Assembly (NCBI GenBank): GCA_018607135.1
Contig: JABBCA010000091.1
Location: forward strand, 26,798 to 90,797
DNA: 64,000 nt
From: Opitutales bacterium
GTDB lineage: Bacteria > Verrucomicrobiota > Verrucomicrobiia > Opitutales > Coraliomargaritaceae
Direction: 5' to 3'
The translations under genes were made by a program, and so were the position numbers. A model generated the notes under the pieces. That model was not told the DNA's origin. It did not search any database and worked only from the letters and a program-made list of their open reading frames with translations. Shown piece by piece: positions 18,695-28,001 of this stretch. How positions within the stretch are numbered: position 1 is the stretch's first letter; every line of letters begins with the position of its first letter.

Positions 18695-19603
18695 ATGCAT
18701 AACGATTACACAATCACTCACCTCAAACAGTTGGAGTCCGAAGCGATTTATGTGCTTCGCGAAACGGCTGCGCAGTTTGAGAAACCAGTCCTGCTTTTCT
18801 CCGGTGGTAAAGATTCCATCGTGATGGCGCACCTCGCGAAGAAGGCTTTCTGGCCAGCGAAGTTGCCCTTTCAGCTGTTGCACGTGGATACCGGACACAA
18901 CTTTCCTGAGACGATGGAATTTCGCGACAAATATGTTGCCGATCTGGGTGCTGAGCTCGTGGTGGGTTCCGTGCAAAAAGCGATCGACGAAGGTAAGGTC
19001 GTTGAAGAGAAGGGCGCGCGCGCGAGCCGTAATGGGTTGCAAACCGTCGCACTCCTCGAAGCACTTGAAGAGGGTCAATACGATGCTGCACTTGGTGGCG
19101 GTCGCCGCGACGAAGAAAAAGCACGTGCTAAGGAACGCTTCTTCTCACACCGCGATGCCTTTGGTCAGTGGGACCCGAAGAACCAACGCCCTGAGCTTTG
19201 GAATATCTTTAACGGTCGTAAGCAACATGGTGAGCACTTTCGTGTCTTCCCGCTCAGTAACTGGACGGAGATGGACATTTGGCAATACATCAAGGCCGAA
19301 GAGATCGAGTTGCCACACCTTTACTTCTCACATGAGCGTGATTGCTTCATTCGTGATGGGGTGATCATGGGCGTCACCGACTTCATCGAGCTCCTCCCTG
19401 GTGAAAAGGTCGAGAAGATGGTCGTGCGCTTCCGCACCATTGGAGACGCGACTTGCACGGGCGCATGTCTTTCGACTGCAGATAACCTCGATGATATTAT
19501 CGACGAGGTCGCAGCCGCTCGCCAGACCGAGCGTGGCACACGTGCCGACGACAAGCGCTCCGAAACTGCGATGGAAGATCGTAAAAAACAGGGCTACTTT
19601 TAG
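18695..19603 (+). CDS. cysD: Sulfate adenylyltransferase subunit 2
   Basis: 302 aa with the SGGKDS PP-loop and strong overall CysD similarity. Confidence 0.95.
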   Translation: MHNDYTITHLKQLESEAIYVLRETAAQFEKPVLLFSGGKDSIVMAHLAKKAFWPAKLPFQLLHVDTGHNFPETMEFRDKYVADLGAELVVGSVQKAIDEGKVVEEKGARASRNGLQTVALLEALEEGQYDAALGGGRRDEEKARAKERFFSHRDAFGQWDPKNQRPELWNIFNGRKQHGEHFRVFPLSNWTEMDIWQYIKAEEIELPHLYFSHERDCFIRDGVIMGVTDFIELLPGEKVEKMVVRFRTIGDATCTGACLSTADNLDDIIDEVAAARQTERGTRADDKRSETAMEDRKKQGYF

Positions 19604-19604
19604 G

Positions 19605-19628
19605 AAATGCTCAAACGCTGAAATCATT
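19605..19628. repeat. Three octamers (AAATGCTC AAACGCTG AAATCATT) of the same word family as 2448-2519, in the cysD-cysN spacer
   Basis: Read directly, in a single phase. Confidence 0.6.
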
Positions 19629-19674
19629 TCACTTTTCTGGTTTCATTTATTCCAACTTTTAAAATTTATAAAAC

Positions 19675-20955
19675 ATGAGCGAAGATACTAATTCAGGTTA
19701 CCTCGATATGGACCTACTGCGGTTTACTACTGCGGGTTCAGTCGACGACGGTAAGAGCACATTGATCGGCCGCCTTCTCTACGATAGTAAGGCCATTTTC
19801 GAAGACCAAATGGAAGCCATGGAGGTTAGCTCCAAGGCACGTGGTGATGAAAACGTAAACCTTGCATTGTTGACCGACGGCCTCCGTGCGGAACGTGAGC
19901 AGGGTATTACGATCGACGTGGCATACCGCTATTTCGCAACGCCAAAACGTAAGTTTATCATCGCCGATACACCAGGCCACATTCAATACACACGCAACAT
20001 GGTCACGGGTGCATCCACTGCCAACCTTGCCATCGTATTGATCGATGCGCGTAAAGGTGTAATTGAGCAGACTTGCCGCCACTCCTTCATCGCGAATTTA
20101 CTTCGTATTCAACACGTCGTTGTTTGCGTGAATAAGATGGACTTGGTGGATTGGGATGAGGGTGTCTTCAATAAGATCGTAGAGGACTTCAAAAGCTTTG
20201 CCTCGCGCCTCGATAATATCGTCGAAGTGACTTTTATCCCCGCGAGTGCGTTGATCGGTGATAACATCGTCGAGAAGTCCGAGAACATGCCATGGTATAA
20301 AGGCCCAACACTTCTTTACCACTTAGAGACCGTTTACATCGGAGCTGATGAGAATCACGTCGAAGCACGTTTCCCTGTGCAGTGGGTGATTCGTCCACAT
20401 TCTGATAAGTATCATGACTTCCGCGGCTTCGCAGGTCGTGTGGCGGGTGGTGTCTTTAAGCCAGGGGATGTAGTCACCGTGCTGCCGTCTGGCTTCACTT
20501 CCAAGATTAAGGCCATTGAGTCCATGGAAGGGCCGCAGGCAGAAGTCTTTGCACCGATGTCGGCGACCATCACTCTCGAAGATGAGATCGATATGTCTCG
20601 TGGCGATATGCTTGTGAAAGCGAACAATCAGCCGGAGCCGACTCAAGATATCGATGCGATGATTTGCTGGTTCTCCTCTGATAAGCCGCTTGCAGGCCGT
20701 GGTAAATATATCCTACGTCATACCACAAAGGAGGTTAAGGCGATCGTCACCGAAGTTTGCTATAAAGTGAACATCAACACACTGCATAAAGTCGAAGATG
20801 ATCTCACTCTAAACTTAAATGATATCGGCCGCATCAAGGTCCGCACTTCGGCTCCGTTGATTGCAGATGCCTATAAGTCCAACCGTATTACGGGCAGCTT
20901 TGTTTTGATCGACGAATTGACCAATGCCACCGTCGCAGCAGGTATGATCATCTAG
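19675..20955 (+). CDS. cysN: Sulfate adenylyltransferase subunit 1 (GTPase; no fused APS kinase domain)
   Basis: 426 aa with G1 GSVDDGKST, G3 DTPGH and G4 NKMD. Confidence 0.95.
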   Translation: MSEDTNSGYLDMDLLRFTTAGSVDDGKSTLIGRLLYDSKAIFEDQMEAMEVSSKARGDENVNLALLTDGLRAEREQGITIDVAYRYFATPKRKFIIADTPGHIQYTRNMVTGASTANLAIVLIDARKGVIEQTCRHSFIANLLRIQHVVVCVNKMDLVDWDEGVFNKIVEDFKSFASRLDNIVEVTFIPASALIGDNIVEKSENMPWYKGPTLLYHLETVYIGADENHVEARFPVQWVIRPHSDKYHDFRGFAGRVAGGVFKPGDVVTVLPSGFTSKIKAIESMEGPQAEVFAPMSATITLEDEIDMSRGDMLVKANNQPEPTQDIDAMICWFSSDKPLAGRGKYILRHTTKEVKAIVTEVCYKVNINTLHKVEDDLTLNLNDIGRIKVRTSAPLIADAYKSNRITGSFVLIDELTNATVAAGMII

Positions 20956-20978
20956 AAAATAGTTGAGCTTTAAAATCG

Positions 20979-21011
20979 AAACGGCGAACTTGTAACAGTT
21001 CGCCGTTTTTG
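20979..21011. terminator. Bidirectional intrinsic terminator between cysN and the convergent gene
   Basis: 10-bp stem ACGGCGAACT/AGTTCGCCGT, with an A-rich tract 5' and TTTTT 3'. Confidence 0.8.
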
Positions 21012-21038
21012 GGTTAAAAGAACCTATATCCAGCTCTC

Positions 21039-21926
21039 TCAGGACACATCACTCTCGAAATTCCTAACTTCTAGATTCAGATTCTTTGCAGCTGCAAACC
21101 ATATGACGCGAGATCCATCTGCGTAAACCAGGCTGCATTGAGAGAGTAAGACCGCATCTGTATACACATCGATCGCTTTCTTCAAGCCACTTGAATCATT
21201 GCCTCTGTCATAGTGACCATGCAGCGAATTCTCGTTGTGTGACCTTAGGCAATCCTGCCAATGAATTGCGCCGGGAAAACGACTACTGAGACGCTCTACA
21301 GCCTCATGAGAATCAGTCGCTAAGAATACATTGCCATCTCTGTTTTGTTTCAACCATTTCGAGATCGTGTGCTCTACTTCTGGAAAGCCAACGGATCTAC
21401 GTCCCTCGAACCCTGCGCTCGCATCGGTTCCTCGGTAGTGGACTCCTAGGGTTCTTGGGGCAAACTGCGCTTCCATATAGTTCTCAACGCGTTCTTCAAT
21501 GAATCGGTGAGGCTTGCAGAATTTTGAAATAGCATGGGATAGGGATTCCCTTTCAGAACTACCTGAATACGGTATGAATCCAGAAGCGGTTGGATAATAT
21601 GGAAGTGAAAATCGAATGGGCCCTCTGGACTGGTTTGAATTAAAATTGCTTTGAGCGAAGCAGTAATCCCAAACATTTGGTCCCGCCTCAGAATCAAAAT
21701 ACAGTGATCGTTTATCCCAATTCACGGCGCAGTCTATGCGAACGCGCTCTGCGAAACGAATGCCATTCAGAGCCGTGGCAAGATCTCCAAAAAATCCACA
21801 CCTCTTGGATTGGACTGAGAGTGCCATGTCTAGGGCGGGGACTTTGGCTGCTAAGGTAAGCGTGGAGTCATAAGCACCTCTAAAATAGGGTCGAACCCGC
21901 TGAATCCACTTAGTATCTATTGCCAT
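21039..21926 (-). CDS. Putative glycosyltransferase (NodZ/fucosyltransferase-like); function uncertain
   Basis: 295 aa. GVHYRGTD and FLATDS resemble conserved motifs of the fucosyltransferase superfamily, judged from memory only. Confidence 0.5.
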   Translation of the reverse strand: MAIDTKWIQRVRPYFRGAYDSTLTLAAKVPALDMALSVQSKRCGFFGDLATALNGIRFAERVRIDCAVNWDKRSLYFDSEAGPNVWDYCFAQSNFNSNQSRGPIRFSLPYYPTASGFIPYSGSSERESLSHAISKFCKPHRFIEERVENYMEAQFAPRTLGVHYRGTDASAGFEGRRSVGFPEVEHTISKWLKQNRDGNVFLATDSHEAVERLSSRFPGAIHWQDCLRSHNENSLHGHYDRGNDSSGLKKAIDVYTDAVLLSQCSLVYADGSRVIWFAAAKNLNLEVRNFESDVS

Positions 21927-22065
21927 CGGTAGTGTCTGAGGTCGGAGAGGATACCGCGCTGTAGGCGCAGCCTATGAACTTGCATCAACCGATTTGTTTG
22001 TGCCCAGCGTGGGTATCTTGCAACAGTGTTTAAATGTCATAGCTTATCCTTAAAAGAGTCGTCAG

Positions 22066-22206
22066 AAGACAGGGTTCAGTCTTCAGAATTGAATGCGAAC
22101 GATTTACGAAACTTGAAGTGTCGCCAAAATGGCGAGGTGCTGCGATTCCATAAATTCTTCATGGTCAGGGGCTGACTCCTGTCTTCTGAATTCTGACTCC
22201 TGTCTT
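22066..22206. repeat. Inverted pair of CAG/CTG heptamer blocks (left 22066-22093, right 22172-22206)
   Basis: Left block: AAGACAG GGTTCAG TCTTCAG AATTGAA. Right block: CTGACTC CTGTCTT CTGAATT CTGACTC CTGTCTT, whose reverse complement is AAGACAG GAGTCAG AATTCAG and so on. The outer 21 nt match 17/21. Confidence 0.85.
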
Positions 22207-22551
22207 TAGGTTTATGAACAGTATGCATAGTATAGAATTGGATTCTGGCAACTGCGAAGTTGTTGGGCTGGGTGAAGAGATCGCCTCGGTCTACTGAAGG
22301 ATACGGCGATGATTCAGCTGGAAAATTGATTCAGTCAGAAACGATAGGAGTGATGGCGTGTTGCTAGTCGGTGGAAGCCCTTAGATAGTCTGGAGACATT
22401 GAAACTTAGCTACAATGCATAGTAGTTTTGATATTCGTGAAGCTATCCGCGTTCCCTATAGTAGCGCTGAAACCACAGAAACGTCACAGCAAATCGGATT
22501 GAAGCAAGTAATAGGATGAGCCTTATTTTATGATTCTTTTTGCAGATCGCC

Positions 22552-22584
22552 GAAGATGAGCGCCGCGAATGCCGTTGCTCACTC
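22552..22584. repeat. Copy A of a shared motif GAAGATGAGCG-N10-CGTTGCTCACTC, overlapping the stop codon of the 22579-23295 gene
   Basis: Read directly. 23 nt are identical to copy B (23308-23341). Confidence 0.9.
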
Positions 22585-23295
22585 TGCCTTGATAGCACCC
22601 GGTTGTAATGATGATCTAGGACTTGCTTCGCCTTTAAGGATTTGGACTACCTTAGCTTTTATTGGATCATATTCTGGTATATTTTTATAGATCCCGTGTG
22701 TCGCGTGATTTCCATTAGACCAATACTCGTCCAGATGAAAGACTCGATCATCGCCTCCTATATCACCTAACTCTCTGGCAATCTGAGTGGTTGCATCATA
22801 AGAGCCGAGAGAGATGAAACGATCAACGGCCTCACCATCTTTAGTTAGATAAAATTTCCATGCAATCGGCCCCATCCTCCAGTCTGCATCCATGTCGTAG
22901 TAATCAAAGACGTAGACATAATACTCACCAGCTCGAAACTGATCGCGAATAAAGAATGTCGCTTCATTTAAATCCGGATACTTACCCGAAGACCGAAGGC
23001 TTTGGAGGTCTTTGATTCTTACGTCTCTCTCTTTTTTTCGTCCGCTGGCTGAATAGGCTTGGATGATTTTAGCTTTAAGCTGCCAATCTTTGGGTTCTAG
23101 GCTCTCGAGTTTGATCCAAGGATCGATTGATTGTTCTGGTGTCCCGTTCATGTAGTTCACCAATCCTAGATTGTATAATGCACTCCGATTCACTGGGTTT
23201 TCCTTCAGGGCGGCATTCAGTTCTTCTTTTGTCGGTGCTTGCGCGCAAAGTGCACATGCCGCGAATGCAAGGATGAGATAAGGGATGAGGTTCAT
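22579..23295 (-). CDS. Secreted hypothetical protein
   Basis: 238-aa ORF with a signal peptide (LILAFAACALCAQA). No family recognised. Confidence 0.6.
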   Translation of the reverse strand: MNLIPYLILAFAACALCAQAPTKEELNAALKENPVNRSALYNLGLVNYMNGTPEQSIDPWIKLESLEPKDWQLKAKIIQAYSASGRKKERDVRIKDLQSLRSSGKYPDLNEATFFIRDQFRAGEYYVYVFDYYDMDADWRMGPIAWKFYLTKDGEAVDRFISLGSYDATTQIARELGDIGGDDRVFHLDEYWSNGNHATHGIYKNIPEYDPIKAKVVQILKGEASPRSSLQPGAIKAE

Positions 23296-23307
23296 TTTTT
23301 GTTCGTG

Positions 23308-23341
23308 GAAGATGAGCGATGACTTTAGACGTTGCTCACTC
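23308..23341. repeat. Copy B of the shared motif GAAGATGAGCG-N11-CGTTGCTCACTC, overlapping the 3' end of the 23325-23780 gene
   Basis: Read directly. In the two copies the motif sits in different reading frames relative to the host ORFs. Confidence 0.9.
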
Positions 23342-23780
23342 CGTTTGTATGTGCTTGGTTTCGTTTGGTTATTCTAATGATTAAGAAGAGATAGTAAGCG
23401 AAGCCAAACGATAAAACATTAGCAAAAAACCAACTATTTTTCTTTCTGCGGTCGAATGCTTGGCTGCAAAGTATGTGTATGAATCCGATTGGAATGATCA
23501 CTGTAAAAATGTAGTCCGCATGGTCGTGTAATGATTTAGACTCTAGGTTCAAGTATTCTCGAATCGTCAATGGGAGCCATAATAGCGAGAAAGGTATAAT
23601 CAGTCCAAAGATCCAGTAGATCTGATGATCATATTTTATTCTTAGGTAACCAATGACGGGTAGAGTCAGCGCAATGTATCCGAGTGTTACGGGAGTAGGT
23701 AATACTATACTTGAGGCAATCAATAGAGATGGAAGAATTAGGTAGAATGGGTGCTCAATCGCCGCGAGCACTATGTCCAT
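23325..23780 (-). CDS. Hypothetical integral membrane protein
   Basis: 151-aa ORF with 4-5 hydrophobic segments. No family recognised. Confidence 0.55.
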   Translation of the reverse strand: MDIVLAAIEHPFYLILPSLLIASSIVLPTPVTLGYIALTLPVIGYLRIKYDHQIYWIFGLIIPFSLLWLPLTIREYLNLESKSLHDHADYIFTVIIPIGFIHILCSQAFDRRKKNSWFFANVLSFGFAYYLFLIIRITKRNQAHTNGVSNV

Positions 23781-24214
23781 CCAGCCGTTTTTTGATTTCT
23801 TTCATTTCTTTTGCATACAGTGTGATATCCTCGGCTCAGTCGTGGATATCAAGGGAAGATTTGCGGCGGGTTGATACCTTTTTTATGGGCGATTTGTTTT
23901 CCTAAGTAATTTATTACTAGGGTTAGTGCATTTTTATGGCAGCAATTGGGCTTTCTAATTGAAGGAAAGCCTATCCGGCAAAAGTATGACCCAACGGCCT
24001 CGAGTGAGTCAATGATAATGGCAATCGAAATGAGTCGCGGATATCGAGGGTCGGCTAAGCCTGTAAATGTTTTTATGGGATTCTGTAAATAGCTTATGGT
24101 GAGTCCTTAGTGTTTGTTGGGCTGATCCTTTCGGGCGCATATCAAATCGGCAATTGCGCAACTCAGCTCGTATTTCCCTTTATGCTAGTGCTTAATTGTT
24201 TGTAGGTTTGAGGC

Positions 24215-24550
24215 ATGGGCAAAATCATACACTTTCCGCGCTGGTTGGAGCTTTTAGAGAGAGTGGATCTATCGGAGTCAGATCGAAAAAGTTATAGAGT
24301 TACCCTTCGCTGGTATTTGGGGTGGTGTCATCGCAATGGGCTTGGTTGAAGCTTTGAATCTGCCAGAAATTTCGTTGATTGGACTCGAGAGAATAAGAAA
24401 GCGAATGACTGGATGGTTGACCGTTGGTCGCGTATAAGAATTCGTCTCATGCGATGGGTAGAATCCTTAGGGGAATCCTTTTCTGCTCTGGTATCCTTTA
24501 TAATTGTTCGGCTCAAATTTTTGGCTGGGCGTGGTAGCGCTTTGAACTGA
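24215..24550 (+). pseudogene. Truncated N-terminal fragment of an integron-integrase-like tyrosine recombinase, with an in-frame TGA at 24347-24349 and no catalytic domain
   Basis: My own translation is [72 protein letters not shown]... This resembles, from memory, the N-terminal extension of PVC-type integrases annotated as integron integrases (RWYLxFC...SARDFxxW...DWMVERWK). The frame ends at 24550. Confidence 0.6.
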
Positions 24551-24677
24551 GCAAAGCCGAGCGCTAGCGGGTCCAAAATCTTACGATTTCGGCTACAATT
24601 AGCTCGTGGAAGTCAGGACGTGCTGCGGTAGGCTTTACTGGGAGCGTCAGACAGGAATTTCTCACCTACGTGTCTGG

Positions 24678-24717
24678 ACTTCATGATTGGACGTTGGACG
24701 TTTGATGTTGAACGTTC
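24678..24717. repeat. Solo copy of the heptad repeat arm seen at 8603-8730
   Basis: ACTTCATGATTGGACGTTGGACGTTTGATGTTGAACGTTC matches the reverse complement of 8607-8646 at 33/40 by manual alignment. Confidence 0.8.
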
Positions 24718-24768
24718 CTATTTGCGATATTCTCTCAATAGGGGTGCAATCGCTATGGGTTCCTGCGG

Positions 24769-25503
24769 CTACTCTGCGGCTTGGCGTTCTTGCATGAACT
24801 TCATCATTTTTTGCTGCATGCTGCCGGCGGCGGACATGATGGCTGGCATCATGATTTTCATGGTCTTTTCTTGTAGCTCGGGTTGCTTGGTGATGGTGGC
24901 TTTGCCAGCTGGAGTGGCGTAGAAGCTGGAGATGCTGCTGAGCTCGTCTTGTGTGAAGGTCTCTGCATAGGCTTTGGACATGCCTTCTTTGATGGGCTCC
25001 CAATCGATCTCAGAAAACATCTCACTCACAGCTTTTTGTTGGAACGCGATGAGTGCGTCGTCGACTTCGCCATTGGCTGCCATTTGCTTCGTCATCATTT
25101 CTGCCATCGCATCCATTTGGGCAGCGATGGTCTTGTCCATCATATCTTCAAAATCGATGAGTGACATGAGATGCTTTGCTTCGGCAAGGCGTGTTTCCAT
25201 ATCGCCTGAGGGGCCGTTGCCTTCTTGGGCCGCTTCGAGTGAGAGTTCTTTAGTCTCGCCTGCGTGGTCGACGGTTAGTATCTGCGTGTCGGAGTCGAAG
25301 GAGACGACGGTGTGGTCTTTGAAGCTTTGACCGACTTTGACCCATTTCGAGGCGATGCCGTCTTTGGTGCTGAGTGAAAAGGTTTGTGTGGTGCCCATGT
25401 CGAGCACACCACGTAGCAGGATTTCGGATGAGGGCTCTGTTTCAGCGGACAGTAAATTGATGCTGAGGAGTAGGGCGAGGGAGGTGCGTAGTAATGATTT
25501 CAT
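24769..25503 (-). CDS. DUF2059 domain protein, secreted
   Basis: 244 aa with a signal peptide. The C-terminal half (FTQDELSSISSFYATPAGKA) is typical of DUF2059. Confidence 0.75.
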   Translation of the reverse strand: MKSLLRTSLALLLSINLLSAETEPSSEILLRGVLDMGTTQTFSLSTKDGIASKWVKVGQSFKDHTVVSFDSDTQILTVDHAGETKELSLEAAQEGNGPSGDMETRLAEAKHLMSLIDFEDMMDKTIAAQMDAMAEMMTKQMAANGEVDDALIAFQQKAVSEMFSEIDWEPIKEGMSKAYAETFTQDELSSISSFYATPAGKATITKQPELQEKTMKIMMPAIMSAAGSMQQKMMKFMQERQAAE

Positions 25504-25513
25504 ATTTTGGGAA

Positions 25514-26905
25514 TTAGGTTTGAGTGAACTTGGATTCGACCGTTTGTTTTAGGAAAAGTTTCCCAGTTTCTAGATCGGTAAAAACGCCGTCGAGTTGTGC
25601 TTCGTAGCAGTGATCGAGGATTTTACCAAATTGTCTGCCGGGTTTGATGTCGAGCTCGACGAGGTGACGCCCGAGAAGAATGGGTTTGGGGGCATTGTCC
25701 TCTACAGCGAGCTCGGCGGCTTTGTTGAGTAGCCATTCGCCTTCGGGGAATCCGTCGGATACGATGGGAGGGCGGCCGTTTTTGTCGGCATGGGCGACGC
25801 GCACAAGGCGATCCATACGTTTCACGCGTGCGGCGAGACGGCGCACTGCGGAATCGCCGGCACCATCACGGTAGAGTGCGAGTGGGCGCATGTGCTGCTC
25901 GACGAGCGGGAGCACTTCTTCGAAGATTTTTTTGTGTCGGGTGATTCGTTCGAGGAAATTCTGTGCGATCGGCACGCCCTCAATGTCGTGACGTGGGCTA
26001 CGAATACGGCCCGTTTCGTCTTTGTAGCTGGTGGTGGGTTTGCCCATGTCGTGACAGAGCACTGCGAGCCCCACCACGAGATCTTCCCATTCGTCGCCGA
26101 GGCGTTCGGAGGCGTAAGCGTCGAGGCAGTGGCAAGTGTGTTTCCAAACGTCGCCTTCGGGGTGCCATTCGGGCTCCTGTTCGCAGCCGACGAGGGCTTC
26201 GATTTCGGGGAAGTATTGCAGCCAGTCGCAGACTTGTAGGAAGCGCAGCCCTGCACCGATTTGATTGCCTTTGAGAATGAGCTTTTTCCATTCCTCCCAG
26301 AGTCGCTCCATGGGCAAGTGCTTGGGGGTGAGCTGGCGGCACAATTGAATCGTATCGGGATCGGCAACGAGATCGAAGCGCGCCACAAATTGCATCCCGC
26401 GCAGCACGCGCAGTGGGTCTTCGCTGAAGGCGTCTGATACATGGCGAAGCTTGCGAGCTTCGAGGTCGGGAATGCCGTGGTGGGGGTCGAGTTGTTCGCC
26501 CGTGAGCGGGTCAAAGCTGATCGCATTGATGGTAAAGTCGCGTCGAGTCGCAGCTTCAAGGGGCGACATGTTGGGATCGCCTTCGACTACGAAGTCAGTA
26601 TGCTTGGGGCCAGTCTTGGACTCGCGACGTGGTAGGGCGATATCGATTTCCAGGCCTTTTAATATAAAGACGCCGAATGCACGTCCCACGGTATCGAGGC
26701 GATACTTTGGTCTTAGAGTGTTTTCGACGGCGTCGGCGTCGAGGCCATAGACTTCGATGTCGACATCCTTGGACGGTATGCCGAGCAAGCCATCACGCAC
26801 GCACCCACCCACTAGCAAGGCGCGACCGCCCGCGTCACGAATGAGCTTGGCGACATCGATGCAGGCATCGTGTTGTTTCGTGGGGAGGTTGGTTAATATA
26901 TCCAT
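25514..26905 (-). CDS. cca: CCA-adding tRNA nucleotidyltransferase with an HD domain
   Basis: 463 aa with [20 protein letters not shown] and an HD-type region (CHDMGKP). Confidence 0.85.
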   Translation of the reverse strand: MDILTNLPTKQHDACIDVAKLIRDAGGRALLVGGCVRDGLLGIPSKDVDIEVYGLDADAVENTLRPKYRLDTVGRAFGVFILKGLEIDIALPRRESKTGPKHTDFVVEGDPNMSPLEAATRRDFTINAISFDPLTGEQLDPHHGIPDLEARKLRHVSDAFSEDPLRVLRGMQFVARFDLVADPDTIQLCRQLTPKHLPMERLWEEWKKLILKGNQIGAGLRFLQVCDWLQYFPEIEALVGCEQEPEWHPEGDVWKHTCHCLDAYASERLGDEWEDLVVGLAVLCHDMGKPTTSYKDETGRIRSPRHDIEGVPIAQNFLERITRHKKIFEEVLPLVEQHMRPLALYRDGAGDSAVRRLAARVKRMDRLVRVAHADKNGRPPIVSDGFPEGEWLLNKAAELAVEDNAPKPILLGRHLVELDIKPGRQFGKILDHCYEAQLDGVFTDLETGKLFLKQTVESKFTQT

Positions 26906-26976
26906 TACGTCTTAATCATAATCTGTTTGTTGAGTTGAGGGATTAAGGTTATGATTAGGTGTAAAATTAAGATTGT

Positions 26977-27816
26977 TTACTCAGAGCGAATCGTTGGATC
27001 GCCCCATTTAAGCTTGTCGCGGACGATGGCAAAGTGAGAGTGATTAGGATTTTGCATGAGCCGGAAGCGCTTTTCGGCGATCGTGATCTTGATTGGGAAG
27101 TTGCTTTCAGATTTGAAGTGCACGCGTCCATCGATGGTGATGCGTGGGCAGGGGCCAGGCTGTAAAGTGGCGACCTTGATCTCGGTGGAGTGGTCAAAAA
27201 TAACGGAGCGGTTACCGAGTGTGTGTGGGCAGATAGGAGTCATTGCAATCGCGCTGACTTTAGGGCCAATGATCGGGCCACCTGCAGAGAGATTGTATGC
27301 GGTCGAGCCTGTAGGGGTGGAAAAAATCAATCCGTCGCAATGATATTCGGAGACGGGGTTGCCATTAGCGGCGACTTGCAGGCGAATCAGGCCGCTGCCT
27401 TCGGTTTCTTTAAGCACGACATCGTTGAGGCCATAAACCGATTCGCCGCCTTGGGTTTCGCAGCACACTATGGAGCGGTCGGCGATGGCGTAGTTACCTT
27501 TGATGAGCTGCGGTAGGTCGCGAGCGGCTTCTTGTTCGGTGTAGGTGGCGAGGAAGCCGAGCTTACCCATATTGATGCCGAGCACGGCGCAGTCTGATTC
27601 CAGAGCGGCATCAAGCACGCCGAGCAGTGTGCCGTCGCCGCCGATTACACAGCAGAGGTCTTGGCCGTTTAAGCCGTCAGTTGGGAGCGGATACTGAGTC
27701 GTGATTTGGGTCTGTGCGCCTTCGCATTGGGCAATGCCCGCGAGGTAGCGCGCCGCCTCTTCGGCTCCGGGCTTCGATGTGTTGACCGCAAAAGTAATGG
27801 TTTGGATCGGGTTCAT
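26977..27816 (-). CDS. nadK: NAD+ kinase
   Basis: 279 aa with the GGDGTLL motif and overall NadK similarity. Confidence 0.9.
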   Translation of the reverse strand: MNPIQTITFAVNTSKPGAEEAARYLAGIAQCEGAQTQITTQYPLPTDGLNGQDLCCVIGGDGTLLGVLDAALESDCAVLGINMGKLGFLATYTEQEAARDLPQLIKGNYAIADRSIVCCETQGGESVYGLNDVVLKETEGSGLIRLQVAANGNPVSEYHCDGLIFSTPTGSTAYNLSAGGPIIGPKVSAIAMTPICPHTLGNRSVIFDHSTEIKVATLQPGPCPRITIDGRVHFKSESNFPIKITIAEKRFRLMQNPNHSHFAIVRDKLKWGDPTIRSE

Positions 27817-27841
27817 GTGTGGGTATAGTGTGGACGACGGA

Positions 27842-27869
27842 GATCGAAGGTCGAACTTTGAATGACGAA
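27842..27869. repeat. Four degenerate heptamers (GATCGAA GGTCGAA CTTTGAA TGACGAA) immediately upstream of nadK
   Basis: Read directly. Same NNNNGAA word family as 8603-8644. Confidence 0.7.
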
Positions 27870-28001
27870 TTTTAGGGGCTCTTTCAGGGGGCTTGGATAC
27901 GGGTTTTTTGACTACAAAGAGCGCGAAAAGGGGCGTCCTTACCTCTTTGAGTTTAATCAGAATCCTCCCTGTTATTTATAAGTCTTTACCAGCCAATGGA
28001 T

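Noticed and set aside
22552-23341. Calling the shared 3'-end motif a bona fide attC site.
   Set aside because: At about 34 nt it is shorter than known attC sites, which I recall as at least about 55 nt. The AAC/GTT-containing ends do not fit RYYYAAC/GTTRRRY. Only two copies are visible. It is reported as a finding, not annotated as attC.
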